IMG/VR virus record: IMGVR_UViG_3300033463_000027
Coordinates: 1-64,000 of that record
Direction: 5' to 3' (one strand)
Source of the DNA: a virus
Taxonomy: Duplodnaviria > Caudoviricetes
DNA: 64,000 nt
Below the pieces are notes generated by a model. It saw nothing but the letters and a program-made list of their open reading frames with translations, was not told the origin of the DNA and did not search any database. Below are positions 28,919 to 39,129 of this stretch, one piece after another (the first letter of the stretch is position 1; the number at the start of each line of letters is the position of its first letter). Both the position numbers and the translations under genes were made by a program.

Positions 28919-31900
28919 TTACTTTTTACCGATCTGTGATTCCTGATTCATTTTAACAAACGCTCCAGTGAGCATAGACATAAACGCAGCTTCGGTCATG
29001 GCAAATCCGGGATTATTGACATTAATAGTCTGAGTACGATTATCAACATTATTCTTGTTATTTGTTACTGTGTCAGCTATCATCTTTCCTGCATTTATTA
29101 TTTTGTCAGACAAACTACTTGAAGCGTTATTAAGAAGATTTGGTATCGTTTTGGCAAAACTGTCATAAACAGAGGTTGATTGATTAAAGATACCCATGAG
29201 CTTACCAATCAGACCATTGTTTGCTGTACTATCATTGGTAGTTCCACCCTTGAAATCGGGATATTCACGAATGTAATCTTCGTCAAACAAGGACTTTGCC
29301 CAATCCCATGTTTTGTCTGTATCGTTCATGTTGGACAATGCGGTATTCATAGCAATAGCCTTATTCAGAGCTTCAACAGCTTCTTTCTGCTGATTCGTGG
29401 CATCGGCAAACTGTTCAGCATAAGTCTTGTAAAAGTCGAGGTACTTCTTTTGGTTATCCTCCATGTCCTTATACAAGTCTTTCTGCTCTTTAAGTTTGTC
29501 TATCTGCTCAGAGTAAGTATCAAGTTCCTTATTGGCTATTTCTATCATAGGAATTACAGAATTATTAAGTTGATTTTGTAAGCCCTCATAATTATCCTTG
29601 TAATCCTCGATAATCTCCGTATCTTGTCCTGCAACCTTAACACGCCAATCAGCACCAAGAATAGCGGCGGCGGTCATTTCTTCTTGGGCTTTCTTGTAAG
29701 CGCCTATGGCTTCCTCCCAAGCCTTTTTATACTCTTTGAGTTTATCCATCTCCACTTGAAGAGCTTCGATTTCTTTCTCTCTAAGGTTTTCAATCTCGGA
29801 AGTACGCTGTTCTTTCTCAGCTTGCAGACGTTCTTTCTCTTGTTCAAGACGTTCTTTTTCTTTTTCGAGTTTAGCTATTGTATCTTCTCTTTGAGCTTCT
29901 TCAAGCTCTTTACGGGCTGCGGAAACGGCTTCTGAATTTTCCATAATTTGCCAGCCCTTTTCCGCTGTATAGACTCTAACCTTTTCATTCTTAGCCTTTT
30001 CAAGAGCAAGCTCTTTCTCTTTCAGCTTATTAAGCTTATCCTGCTCGTCTGCTTCGTCTTGCAAAGCCTTGATTTGCTTGTCAAATCCTTCCTCTTGGGC
30101 TTCAATCAACTTGACTTGCTTATCATAGGTTTCCTCAATAGCCTTGATTTGAGCATCATATCTTTCCTCAATCTTGTCCTTTTGTTTTTCAAGACCGTCG
30201 TTCTGTTCATCAATGTAGTCCTTGACCACACTTGCGGCTGTCTCGTAATCGTCAATCAAGTCCTCTAAACGGTCTTTTTCCTTTTCAAGAGTTTTGATGT
30301 ACTTCTCTTGCAAATCCTTTTTCTTTTCAAGAGCATCTATCTGTTTATCAATGGTTTTGACTTCACGTTCAAGAGCCTGAATGTTCTCATGGATTTGGAG
30401 CTTTTGGTCTTTGTAGAGATCAGAAACTTTAGTGGTTTTTTCTTTGACCTTTGCGGTTACGTCTGCTTGTTGTTGAAGCCAATTGATGAGATTTTCAACT
30501 TCGCTATAATCAGAAGAGAGCGGATTAAGAGTAGATTGTATATCTCTTAATTGGTCTATCAAAGGCTGCATTTGAGCATTGGCAAGTTGTTGTAACTTGA
30601 ATTTGAGTGTTTCAGCATCGTCAAGATACTTAGCCAAATCAGGAAACGCACTTAGAATATCTGAATCAAGAGCAAAGCCATTGCCTGTTTCTTCAAGGTT
30701 TTTGTAGGCGGTTTGGATTTTGCCTAAGAGTTTTTCAATATCTTCAAGACCATTCTGATTGTAGAAGTCGGCAAAATCAAAAGAAAAATCTACGTTTTCA
30801 GGATTAAGCCATTCGTACATATCATCAAGCTTCTTTTCTATCGCGGCTTGCAAAACAGTATCATCAGAAGCAAAATGCTTTATCATAGCATCGTGCCATG
30901 ATTGATAATTTTCTTTAGTGACAGTTTGATAATTTATACCATTGAGAGTAAACTCAAATATATCTAATTGAGCTAACTGTTCTGCCGAAGCTATTTCTTC
31001 ATCTCTTGCGGCAAGCAATTCATCACGATAGACAACTAATTTTTGAACAAAATCTTTATATTCCTCGGTGGCTTTTTCTTCGGTTTCTTCTAAATCATCC
31101 ATCCATTTTAAAAGTTTATCAAGCTGTTCTATTGTGGTATCCCGATCTGCCAATCTATCAACATAATCTTGTACTCCATCTCCAAAATTCATAGGTTGGA
31201 ATAAACCTAAATCCCTACCTTTTCTTTTTGATCGAACAACAATATCGCTTTCGGATTTGCCAAAACCAAAATATGCTCCGCTTGCATTACCACTTACGGG
31301 TTGATTAGATTTTTTAGTTTCATCATAGGCTATTTGCGCGGCTTGTCTTGCGCGTTGTATTTCAAGAGTAGTAAGCTGTTTAAGTTTTTCAATTTGATCT
31401 TCATATTTTCCATTGACCAAATCAATACTTTCGGCTTCTTTACCATAAGAATCATAAAGACTATTTTGCACCTTTAATAATTCTTCTTTATCGTCAGTGC
31501 TTAAAGAAATTTTCTTACTTAATTTTTCATAAGTATCTGTATAATCTTTTAAATTCTTTACAGACTCAGTATAAGATTTTGCTTCTTCCTTTATTTTTTC
31601 TATATTTTCTTCTCTGCGTCTTTTTTCTTCTAAAGAAGCCTGTGCTTCACGCTCTCGTCTTTTTTCTTGCACCCTTGACCATATTGACACACCAATAGCA
31701 ACGGCGGCGACCACGGCTGCTGTTGCTGCTAACGCAGTGCCAACAACGCCAAGTTGTGTTGCTATCATTTTAATTTCATTGCCAATACCACGAAGCAAAA
31801 AAGGAGTTCTTTGCAACGAAGCACCATTACTTAATGTTTTAATAACACCCTGCGCTTGTGCTGTATTTAAACCCTCTTGTGCTGCCGCAGCCAAAATTGT

Positions 31901-32302
31901 TTCTCTTGTTAAATTTTTAAGTCCAACGATTTCACCATTTTGGGCTTCGGTCAAATTTAAAGCAAGCATAATTGCCTTTGCCTTTTCTGCATTTCCTGTG
32001 ATGGCGGTTAATGTATTTTGAGCTTCTGCAAAAGTAAGATTTTTATTCGTTACAATCAAACCAGCGGTTGCCATAGCTTGTGCTATTTCTGATTCGGTAG
32101 CGCCATTAGCGGCTAATGTTTGTGCGATTAATTCATTATTCAAATTTTGAGAAGATAAAACTGCGGCTTGTTGCACTGTAGATAATTTGGACACCGACAC
32201 AGCCATAGCTTTTATATCACTTGCTTCCCACGTACCTGTCCATGTGCTAACATTCAAAAAGCCCTTCAACATTTCCGTAGCTTTACCAATTTCTTTAAAC
32301 AT
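28919..32302 (-). CDS. tape measure protein, exon 2 (1127 aa)
   Basis: Ala/Gln/Glu/Lys-rich coiled coil; begins MFKEIGK right after the intron's terminal G. Confidence 0.88.
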   Translation of the reverse strand: MFKEIGKATEMLKGFLNVSTWTGTWEASDIKAMAVSVSKLSTVQQAAVLSSQNLNNELIAQTLAANGATESEIAQAMATAGLIVTNKNLTFAEAQNTLTAITGNAEKAKAIMLALNLTEAQNGEIVGLKNLTRETILAAAAQEGLNTAQAQGVIKTLSNGASLQRTPFLLRGIGNEIKMIATQLGVVGTALAATAAVVAAVAIGVSIWSRVQEKRREREAQASLEEKRRREENIEKIKEEAKSYTESVKNLKDYTDTYEKLSKKISLSTDDKEELLKVQNSLYDSYGKEAESIDLVNGKYEDQIEKLKQLTTLEIQRARQAAQIAYDETKKSNQPVSGNASGAYFGFGKSESDIVVRSKRKGRDLGLFQPMNFGDGVQDYVDRLADRDTTIEQLDKLLKWMDDLEETEEKATEEYKDFVQKLVVYRDELLAARDEEIASAEQLAQLDIFEFTLNGINYQTVTKENYQSWHDAMIKHFASDDTVLQAAIEKKLDDMYEWLNPENVDFSFDFADFYNQNGLEDIEKLLGKIQTAYKNLEETGNGFALDSDILSAFPDLAKYLDDAETLKFKLQQLANAQMQPLIDQLRDIQSTLNPLSSDYSEVENLINWLQQQADVTAKVKEKTTKVSDLYKDQKLQIHENIQALEREVKTIDKQIDALEKKKDLQEKYIKTLEKEKDRLEDLIDDYETAASVVKDYIDEQNDGLEKQKDKIEERYDAQIKAIEETYDKQVKLIEAQEEGFDKQIKALQDEADEQDKLNKLKEKELALEKAKNEKVRVYTAEKGWQIMENSEAVSAARKELEEAQREDTIAKLEKEKERLEQEKERLQAEKEQRTSEIENLREKEIEALQVEMDKLKEYKKAWEEAIGAYKKAQEEMTAAAILGADWRVKVAGQDTEIIEDYKDNYEGLQNQLNNSVIPMIEIANKELDTYSEQIDKLKEQKDLYKDMEDNQKKYLDFYKTYAEQFADATNQQKEAVEALNKAIAMNTALSNMNDTDKTWDWAKSLFDEDYIREYPDFKGGTTNDSTANNGLIGKLMGIFNQSTSVYDSFAKTIPNLLNNASSSLSDKIINAGKMIADTVTNNKNNVDNRTQTINVNNPGFAMTEAAFMSMLTGAFVKMNQESQIGKK

Positions 32303-32334
32303 CAAACAATATTTAGGTTTTGTGGATAAACCTC

Positions 32335-32363
32335 TTGACAAAAGCTACAAAAAATGATATAAT
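32335..32363 (+). promoter_or_regulatory. consensus sigma-A promoter inside the intron (antisense to TMP)
   Basis: TTGACA-N17-TATAAT with TG extension. Confidence 0.85.
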
Positions 32364-32406
32364 AGTCTAAAAGATTTTTGCGATATTGGGAGACAATAAA
32401 AATATC

Positions 32407-32817
32407 ATGTGGATTATAATTATTATCTTTTTTTTATTAGTGTTCCCCTCATTATGTGATTCTGACAAAAAGTCTTGTTTGTCAGGGATTGCAAGCATTG
32501 TAATCATAGGAACTATACTATATGGATTATCAATACTAAATAATATATGGGATTCTACCATTGCAACTATTACTTATATTATTCTTGCCTTAATTACCAT
32601 AACAATTATTTGGATTGCAATTCAAGCGTGTATTAGTATTTCCAAAAGAAATAAAGAAGAAGAGCTTATAAAAAAAATTCTATCAAATACAAAATGTCCT
32701 TATTGTCAAAGCAATAAAACTGTTTTTTTAGAATATTATAGAATTAATCGTGACATGAATCAATTACAACTATATTGTCAAGACTGCGGAGAGACTTGGA
32801 TTTATAAAGAAGAATAA
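32407..32817 (+). CDS. intron cargo 1: multi-TM membrane protein with C-terminal Zn ribbon
   Basis: About three hydrophobic segments then CPYCQS...CQDCGETW; directly downstream of the promoter; the TTG at 32386 is an alternative start. Confidence 0.75.
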   Translation: MWIIIIIFFLLVFPSLCDSDKKSCLSGIASIVIIGTILYGLSILNNIWDSTIATITYIILALITITIIWIAIQACISISKRNKEEELIKKILSNTKCPYCQSNKTVFLEYYRINRDMNQLQLYCQDCGETWIYKEE

Positions 32818-32821
32818 GATG

Positions 32822-32846
32822 GATTGATTTATGCGGTCAATCAATC
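32822..32846. terminator. hairpin between convergent cargo ORFs
   Basis: GATTGATT-N9-AATCAATC. Confidence 0.5.
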
Positions 32847-32853
32847 ATAAAAA

Positions 32854-32982
32854 TCACTTAAACTCAATCCCCAACTCTTGATAAGGTTCTTTCTCGCCAG
32901 TTTCTTCATCAACCATGTACTTTATACCCACCTTATCAAATAACTCTTTCCATTCTTGTTCCCGGTTTTTTATTCTCTTCAT
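32854..32982 (-). CDS. intron cargo 2: 42-aa hypothetical protein
   Basis: MKRIKNREQEWKELFDKVGIKYMVDEETGEKEPYQELGIEFK*; weak RBS. Confidence 0.4.
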   Translation of the reverse strand: MKRIKNREQEWKELFDKVGIKYMVDEETGEKEPYQELGIEFK

Positions 32983-33050
32983 CAAACAAAGAGAGGAAAT
33001 CTCCAACAGAAGTAATATCTAACAATTTTGTTACAAGGAGTGTGACCACT

Positions 33051-33182
33051 ATGCGCGGCAAACAAAATCTCCCTCTTGGTTTTTCTATTGGTATGATTAT
33101 TGCGGGGTTATGCTTGGGTGTCCCCGGTATAATCGTATACCTTATAGGGTTCTTTATTATTGCAAGTATATTTAAACTATAA
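33051..33182 (+). CDS. intron cargo 3: 43-aa membrane peptide (not in the ORF track)
   Basis: AAGGAG RBS; MRGKQNLPLGFSIGMIIAGLCLGVPGIIVYLIGFFIIASIFKL*. Confidence 0.65.
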   Translation: MRGKQNLPLGFSIGMIIAGLCLGVPGIIVYLIGFFIIASIFKL

Positions 33183-33210
33183 ATATTCTGTAAAAATTCA
33201 CAATGGCTAA

Positions 33211-33239
33211 TTGACAATCACAATACCATGTGTTATAAT
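33211..33239 (+). promoter_or_regulatory. second consensus sigma-A promoter inside the intron
   Basis: TTGACA-N17-TATAAT with TG extension. Confidence 0.85.
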
Positions 33240-33274
33240 TTATAAGCTAAAATATAACGGTGTTAATGGAGTGA

Positions 33275-33697
33275 TTGTTCGTGCTAAATCTTGACTATAA
33301 GTGTTTCCGTGATGTTCTGAATTATATTCACAAACACCTTGAAATGCCTACGTTTGTAGATTATCCTAACTCAATTTCAATACTTGAAATTTGTAACGCT
33401 CCTGAATTATCTGATTACAGCAAAGTACAAATCAAATATACAATCATGAAATTAATCGAAGCTGATTTTGTTTGCTGTCATGGTTTAGACAATAAAAGTA
33501 AGTCACCCAAATATATTTACATAGACGATATAACCATAAAGGGCTATAGTTTTCTTGCAAATTCAATGAACAAAATAGTTTGGAATAAAGCTCTATCATC
33601 AATTAAGTCAACAGGAATAGTTTCACTGAACGCATTTTGTATGTTAATGGACAAAATAGCCTTGAAAATTTCTATTGACTCACTACGTAAAATATGA
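33275..33697 (+). CDS. intron cargo 4: DUF2513-like winged-helix protein
   Basis: LDYKCFRDVL...IKYTIMKLIEADFV...DITIKGYSFL...VWNKA pattern; has its own promoter and terminator. Confidence 0.7.
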   Translation: MFVLNLDYKCFRDVLNYIHKHLEMPTFVDYPNSISILEICNAPELSDYSKVQIKYTIMKLIEADFVCCHGLDNKSKSPKYIYIDDITIKGYSFLANSMNKIVWNKALSSIKSTGIVSLNAFCMLMDKIALKISIDSLRKI

Positions 33698-33703
33698 ATC
33701 CAA

Positions 33704-33733
33704 GACACTATCGCAAGATAGTGTTATTATTTT
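33704..33733 (+). terminator. terminator of cargo 4
   Basis: ACACTATC-GCAA-GATAGTGT followed by TATTATTTT. Confidence 0.7.
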
Positions 33734-34176
33734 GCTGTAATCTTACCAACTCTTACAGCGAGAGTACCACATACATGAAAGTACAAGGTAAGTTTATACT
33801 ATAAATCAAAGTGCCATGCTCACTTGTTCCGAGCGCATCTTAGTACGATCAGCGTTTCATCTAAATCGTACCCACCTGTTGTCGCTACTGTGAGGGCTTA
33901 ACTTGTATAACAAGTTCTATCCCTGCGAATCCACCGAGCGCAACATTTTTACAATCCTAAACTGTCACCAGAGTAGGGGAGTAGTCACGTTGTACAGTGT
34001 TCCTCGCATATTGAGGTATAGCCTGTATAGATAGGATTTATACTATATTCTATACAGACATAGGATTTCTCCGTTTTACATTAGTGTATTTCACTAACGT
34101 CTGAAATAAAACTGCCTATCGACAAGAAACTTTTCAGATGGCGGCATATTCTGTTGAGGGTAAACAATTTAACCCT

Positions 34177-37100
34177 ACCGCCGTTTTTGAGAAGTGCTGT
34201 TGCACCTATTGTGCCAAGTATTGTTGGGATTGCGCCAAGTGTATCTACAAGATCAGTTGCAAGTTGCACTAACTGAGTAAATGCTTTTAAGAAACCAGTT
34301 ACTTTATCGGTGTCAAAGAATTTGCTGAAAAATTCTTGTCCTGATGTTTTAAGATTCTGTAAGGAACTGGCGAGGGTATTTACGGTCTTATTCGCTTCCC
34401 GCATAGCTGAACCAGCACCGCGCTCATAAGTTTCCATAATACCTTGCATGGAATCCCAATCTTGAAGAATTGCAGCAAGGGTATTAGCCCTATACTTGCC
34501 GCCCAGATCACTAAGCACCACAGCGCGTCTATCATCGCCTTGTGGTAACTCGTTAAATACTTTAGCCAATTCTCCAAGTAATTCAATAGGTGTTTTAAGC
34601 TGTTCAGCCCCATCAACTATTTTGTGCATTGAAATACCAACAGTATCAAATGCCTTAACGACTTGTTGATTCGTCACATCCGAAATTTGGAGCATGATTG
34701 ATTTGATCGCGTTACCAACGACGTTTCCACCCTGTTTGGTTCTTGCTTCTGCAATAGCAATCAAGGCAGACAATTCCTCAATACTCATTCCATACTGATG
34801 AGCAACAGATGCGGCTTCTTTGGTACCTTCGGTCATATCTTGCATTGACACTGCATATCGGTTTGTGATAAGGTTCTGTCCGTCGAGTATTTTTGTTAAT
34901 TTTTCAATGCTACCACCTAATTGATAAGCGGCATCAGTAGCAATCAAATAGTCTCTTGCGGTGCTATCGCTCACATCACCCGCTGCCTGAACCAATAGTG
35001 CGAGATCAGCCATCTTCTCCGACTGACCCTCGCCCAACGTTTCATAACCAGCTCTCGCCATTTCCTGAACGCCAGTCAGATAATTCTGAACACTAACACC
35101 ATACTTGCTTGCGGCATCAAATGCAGTCTCACCCAACTTCTCCAAACTCTCAACACTACGCTCAGAGGTCTTAGAGATTTCAGTCAAGATACTATCAACA
35201 TCTTTAAGAGTAACAAGGGCTTGCTTGCCTTCGTTTGTTATCATCATGAAAGCATTAGCAAGATTGAACCACCCTGCAAATTTCAAAGCCTTTTCTTTGA
35301 AGGTGTCCATAAAACTCTTACCAATCTGCCCTGTCTGCTGTGCAGTCCTATTCAGTTCGTTAAACTGTTGTGTCAGATGAGTAAGCGTTTGTTTATCTGC
35401 ACTCTGTATCTGTGTCTGCAAAGATTTCATGGACTGTCTCATACTCTCACTTGCACGAGTATTGTTTCTCAGCCATGTTTCGATCTTGTTGTTCAGATTA
35501 CTCTTTCTATCTTCAAGAGCCGCCGCATCTTTTACAGATTTCAAACTTGTTTGAAGTTCTTTGGCGCGTTCAGAAGTAGATTTGATTTGATTATCAAGTT
35601 GGGTAAATCCCGCAATAACCTCTTGTGTAGCACCTTCGCTTTGGAATCGCGCTTGCAACTGAGCATACTGATTAGAAAGATTAGTTATATCTTGTTGAAG
35701 TTGAACTACCTCGCTATTACCTGAGTTTTGTGCAAACAGACCCTTGCTTGTATCGGTCTGTAATTTCTTAATGGCATTATCTGTGGCTTGAATACTTTGC
35801 TCACTGTTTTGGAGAACCTTAGAATACTCTATAAAGGCTTGTATGGCTTGCTCCGCAGACTTTTTACTTTGGTCAAAAGTATCAGTAGTTGCATTTCTTA
35901 CTTCATTGACAGCTACAACAACAGTATCGTACTGATCTCTTAAAAGTTTGATGGTCGCGGGGTCTTGAATAGCTTTACCGTTGGTGTTAGAATTGGTCGC
36001 TTCACCATAAGCCTTATTGATTAAATCAGTAAGTTTTTGCCATTCTTTCTCTTGATTTTGTATTTCCTGTGTTTGTTGTCTCACTTCTTTTGTAGCCTGA
36101 GACAACATTTTATTAAACGTTTGTAAACTATACTTATCGGTTATATTTGCAAAAGCACCAAGTAAATCAGTAGTAGTAAAGGTTAGCTCATTTTCATTTA
36201 CTCCAAGCTCTTGCACTTTCTTAACTATTTCATCTAAAGAAGCGCTTGCTTTAGAATAATCAACATTAAATGAATTTCTTGCCGCATTTGATTGACTTAC
36301 CTTTTGTAAACTATCAAATTCAGCTTCCAACTTGCGTAAATCTTCATAAACAGTCCTAAAACTATTTCTATCGCCTACAGTTTGTAGCGCTTGATTGACA
36401 GCATGAATCCTATCTATAAAGTCTTGCGATGCAAGATTGGAATTTCTAACATCATTTTCAAACTCTTTGATTTCTTCGTTAAGAATAGCTTTTTGATTAA
36501 CTACGCTTTTACTTGACATTTGAGTGTCAGCGTATTGAGCACTTCTTATTACTTCTGCAAGCCGTTTAAATGCCGCTTCACGATCTTGTAAATCTTTAAT
36601 TTCTTGTTGATTTACAGTATGTCCACTCTTTATTGTTTGTTGGATTTCCTCAATTTTTTGTTTGAGTTTAGAATATTCGTCAATGTATGTATCAATTTGA
36701 GTTTTTAGTGTAGAACTCTGTTCGCCATATAAACCATTTTTTGAAATAACACCATTTTGAGTATCAACGCCCAACATTGGTTTGTTTTTTTCATGTGTTG
36801 AAGCAATGATGTTATTATATAAATCATTAATTCTTTGTAATTCTTTCTCTTGATTTTTAAGCTCTTTATTATACTCTTGGGTATCTTTAATAGCAGACTC
36901 ATTAAAAGCACCACCCATAAAATCAAAAGAAAATCCTTTAATTACATTAGCTTCGTCTTTAATTGATTGTAATGAATATCGGAATTTTAATATTTCATTC
37001 TCAGCATTTTTGGCAGAAATAGTAAAAGCATCTATCTTGCCGCTGGCATCAGTAATACCTTGTACATCAACATTCCCTTTGCCAAAAGCATTTTCATAAG

Positions 37101-37590
37101 CTTTTTGGACTTGATTCATAGCTAAAATTAAAGATTGCGCAGATGCTTCGGCGGGTTTGTTATTTATAACTGTAATACCATTGCTATCAATATTTTGACT
37201 GGAAGGTAATTTATTCCCAATCATTGCTTGAACTTGTTCTTTAGCAAGATGTTTATAGGTATCAGCTAACTGCTGTACAGCCTGTTTCGCCTGTTGTGTC
37301 TGTTGTGTAACGCTGCTCGTAGTATTCGCCACTTGTTGCATTTCATTCCGAACACTTTCTAAACCAGCATTATCAAAGCGTACTTCACCAACATTTATAG
37401 TGAGTTTTTGATTGTTTAACTGATCTTGAATACTCTTAACAGATAAAGAACTTGTATCTAAAATTGCTTTAACCTTAATCGCATATTCATCTTTAGTTTC
37501 AACATCTTTCTTAAACGCCGCAAACTGAGCCTTTATACTATCAAGACTTGTATGGTCAAGTTTAGCTCTAACATTAAAAATATAATCCAA
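34177..37590 (-). CDS. tape measure protein, exon 1 (1138 codons; spliced product about 2265 aa)
   Basis: TP901-type TMP core (DSILTEISKT, EMARAGY, GGNVVGNAIKSI, LGGKYRAN); the read-through tail RVKLFTL... is intron sequence. Confidence 0.9.
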
Positions 37591-37615
37591 AAAATCACCT
37601 CCTACTTAAAAAGGA

Positions 37616-38248
37616 TTACTTCTTCTTACCAAATGCAGCTCTTGCTCCTGCGGCAATCCCCGCATCAAAAGCAAGATTAATCATTTCAGAATCACCTATA
37701 TCAGTAAGAGAACCATATACACTTGCATTAGTATCACTTACTTCATCGTTCATTAGATAATAGATTAATTCTCCCCAAATTCCTACACCCTTATCACCCT
37801 GTTTGGGATATGCGGCACCATGCAATCCTGTTTCTGCGTATTCCAATACTTCTGAACCTGAATGACTTGGTGGCTGAGAAGGTGGATAAGTATAACTCAA
37901 ATAATTACTAATAAACACATGACCACCATAACCCGACACATACATATCAGAAGCATTATAGAGAGTTTCAGTTCTGACATATTTTTCGGGCGTATAATCA
38001 TTATACCAATCCTCAATTACATACTCTAAAACATTGAACACATATTTGGTCGCCCAATCAACGCCAAAATGAATACGCTTTTTCATATCTTTAAAAATCG
38101 CTTCTAATGAATCAAATTCAACATCTTCATACTCCCATGTGTCCATGTTAAAATTTGCAATCGTACCACTTCCAAGATTGTTTCTAATTTCCTGCTTTGC
38201 CCTTTTCAGCCGAGGTGATTTTGTTCTCTTTTTAGGATTAAGCGCCAT
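37616..38248 (-). CDS. tail-module protein (tail completion-like)
   Basis: WYNDYTPEKYVRT motif; immediately upstream of the TMP. Confidence 0.55.
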   Translation of the reverse strand: MALNPKKRTKSPRLKRAKQEIRNNLGSGTIANFNMDTWEYEDVEFDSLEAIFKDMKKRIHFGVDWATKYVFNVLEYVIEDWYNDYTPEKYVRTETLYNASDMYVSGYGGHVFISNYLSYTYPPSQPPSHSGSEVLEYAETGLHGAAYPKQGDKGVGIWGELIYYLMNDEVSDTNASVYGSLTDIGDSEMINLAFDAGIAAGARAAFGKKK

Positions 38249-38520
38249 CAGCCATCACCCAAACCCCGAATATACTTAACAGCCCTATAAAGTTCCTCTT
38301 TACCAGTATTATCATCATGTTTGTTTACAACAGCAATTGTAAATTCACTACCCTTATGAAGCCCAAGAGATAATACTCCTATGATAGACTTGGCGTTTAC
38401 CGATCTGTCTGCATTATTAAAATAGACACAACTGCCAAGCCCTTGCATAAAATACACAAGGGCGTGAACCATACGACCATTCACCTCACAGGGGATAATT
38501 ATATTTTCCGAGTAACACAC
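38248..38520 (-). CDS. HPr/Crh-like phosphocarrier homologue
   Basis: VNAKSIIGVLSLGLHKGSEFTI matches the HPr Ser46 signature; the His15 region reads VNGRM. Confidence 0.8.
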   Translation of the reverse strand: MCYSENIIIPCEVNGRMVHALVYFMQGLGSCVYFNNADRSVNAKSIIGVLSLGLHKGSEFTIAVVNKHDDNTGKEELYRAVKYIRGLGDG

Positions 38521-38526
38521 AAGATA

Positions 38527-39126
38527 TCACCCTTTCTTCTTCTCTTTTTCTTCTCTTTTCTTCTCATCATGGATAACATGAGCTAACTGTTTTGCAGTCT
38601 CCTTGAAATCACTCTGCTTTATAGCATCTGCATAGGACTGAAACCTTTCGCTCACTTCCTGAATATCAACGTCCTTATACTTCTCTTCAAGAGTATCAAC
38701 AAAATCACCAATCTTATTCAAAAGATTGGCAATTGTTTCTTTGGTAACATCACGATTCTGATAATCATATATCTTATCGTTGATAGTTTCAAGCATTTCC
38801 TCATAAATATACTTAGGGATAGGAAGAATCTCAGGTAACATATCATCATAAGTGTCATTAAGTATCTTATACAAATCAGCACCCTTAAATGCGATCTTGT
38901 CTTTGTCATCTTTAATATCAAAATTCCTTAGTTCATTCCAAATCACACTCTTATCAGAATTACCTAACTCATCCTCGGTAGGTTCATACCCATAGAAGAT
39001 ATTTGCTCCAAAGAGAGCTATATAAAAATTCTTCTGTTCAATGCCTTCCTCAATGGTCTTGTCTACAACAGCCTTGATAAAGGTCAGATAATCAACATAA
39101 GTAAATTCCTTATTAGTTTTCAGCAT
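38527..39126 (-). CDS. hypothetical protein, possible tail assembly chaperone
   Basis: Lies between the tail tube and TMP genes. Confidence 0.5.
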   Translation of the reverse strand: MLKTNKEFTYVDYLTFIKAVVDKTIEEGIEQKNFYIALFGANIFYGYEPTEDELGNSDKSVIWNELRNFDIKDDKDKIAFKGADLYKILNDTYDDMLPEILPIPKYIYEEMLETINDKIYDYQNRDVTKETIANLLNKIGDFVDTLEEKYKDVDIQEVSERFQSYADAIKQSDFKETAKQLAHVIHDEKKREEKEKKKG

Positions 39127-39129
39127 AAT

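Larger units (their letters stand above)
32303..34176 (-). ncRNA. 1,874-nt group I intron in the tape measure gene, with cargo ORFs in the P9 region
   Basis: P1: exon GGCGGU pairs with GCCGCC (U.G at the splice site). P10: IGS GAAUAU pairs with 3' exon AUGUUU. P4: UGCGAG/UUCGCA. P7-like: AGCG/CGCU. P9.0: GAACAA (33824-33829)/UUGUUU (32304-32309) directly before the terminal G. Splicing gives in-frame KNGG|MFKEIG. Confidence 0.85.

Noticed and set aside
32936-33217. 93-aa minus-strand ORF
   Set aside because: It is the antisense shadow of the + strand 43-aa membrane peptide, which has a strong RBS; its start lies within the -35 box of the + promoter
32303-34176. IStron or homing-endonuclease intron
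   Set aside because: No TnpA/TnpB, HNH, GIY-YIG or LAGLIDADG motifs in any internal ORF
28919-37590. Two independent tape-measure genes, or a TMP pseudogene broken by an insertion
   Set aside because: P1, P10 and P9.0 pairings plus exact frame restoration favour one spliced gene
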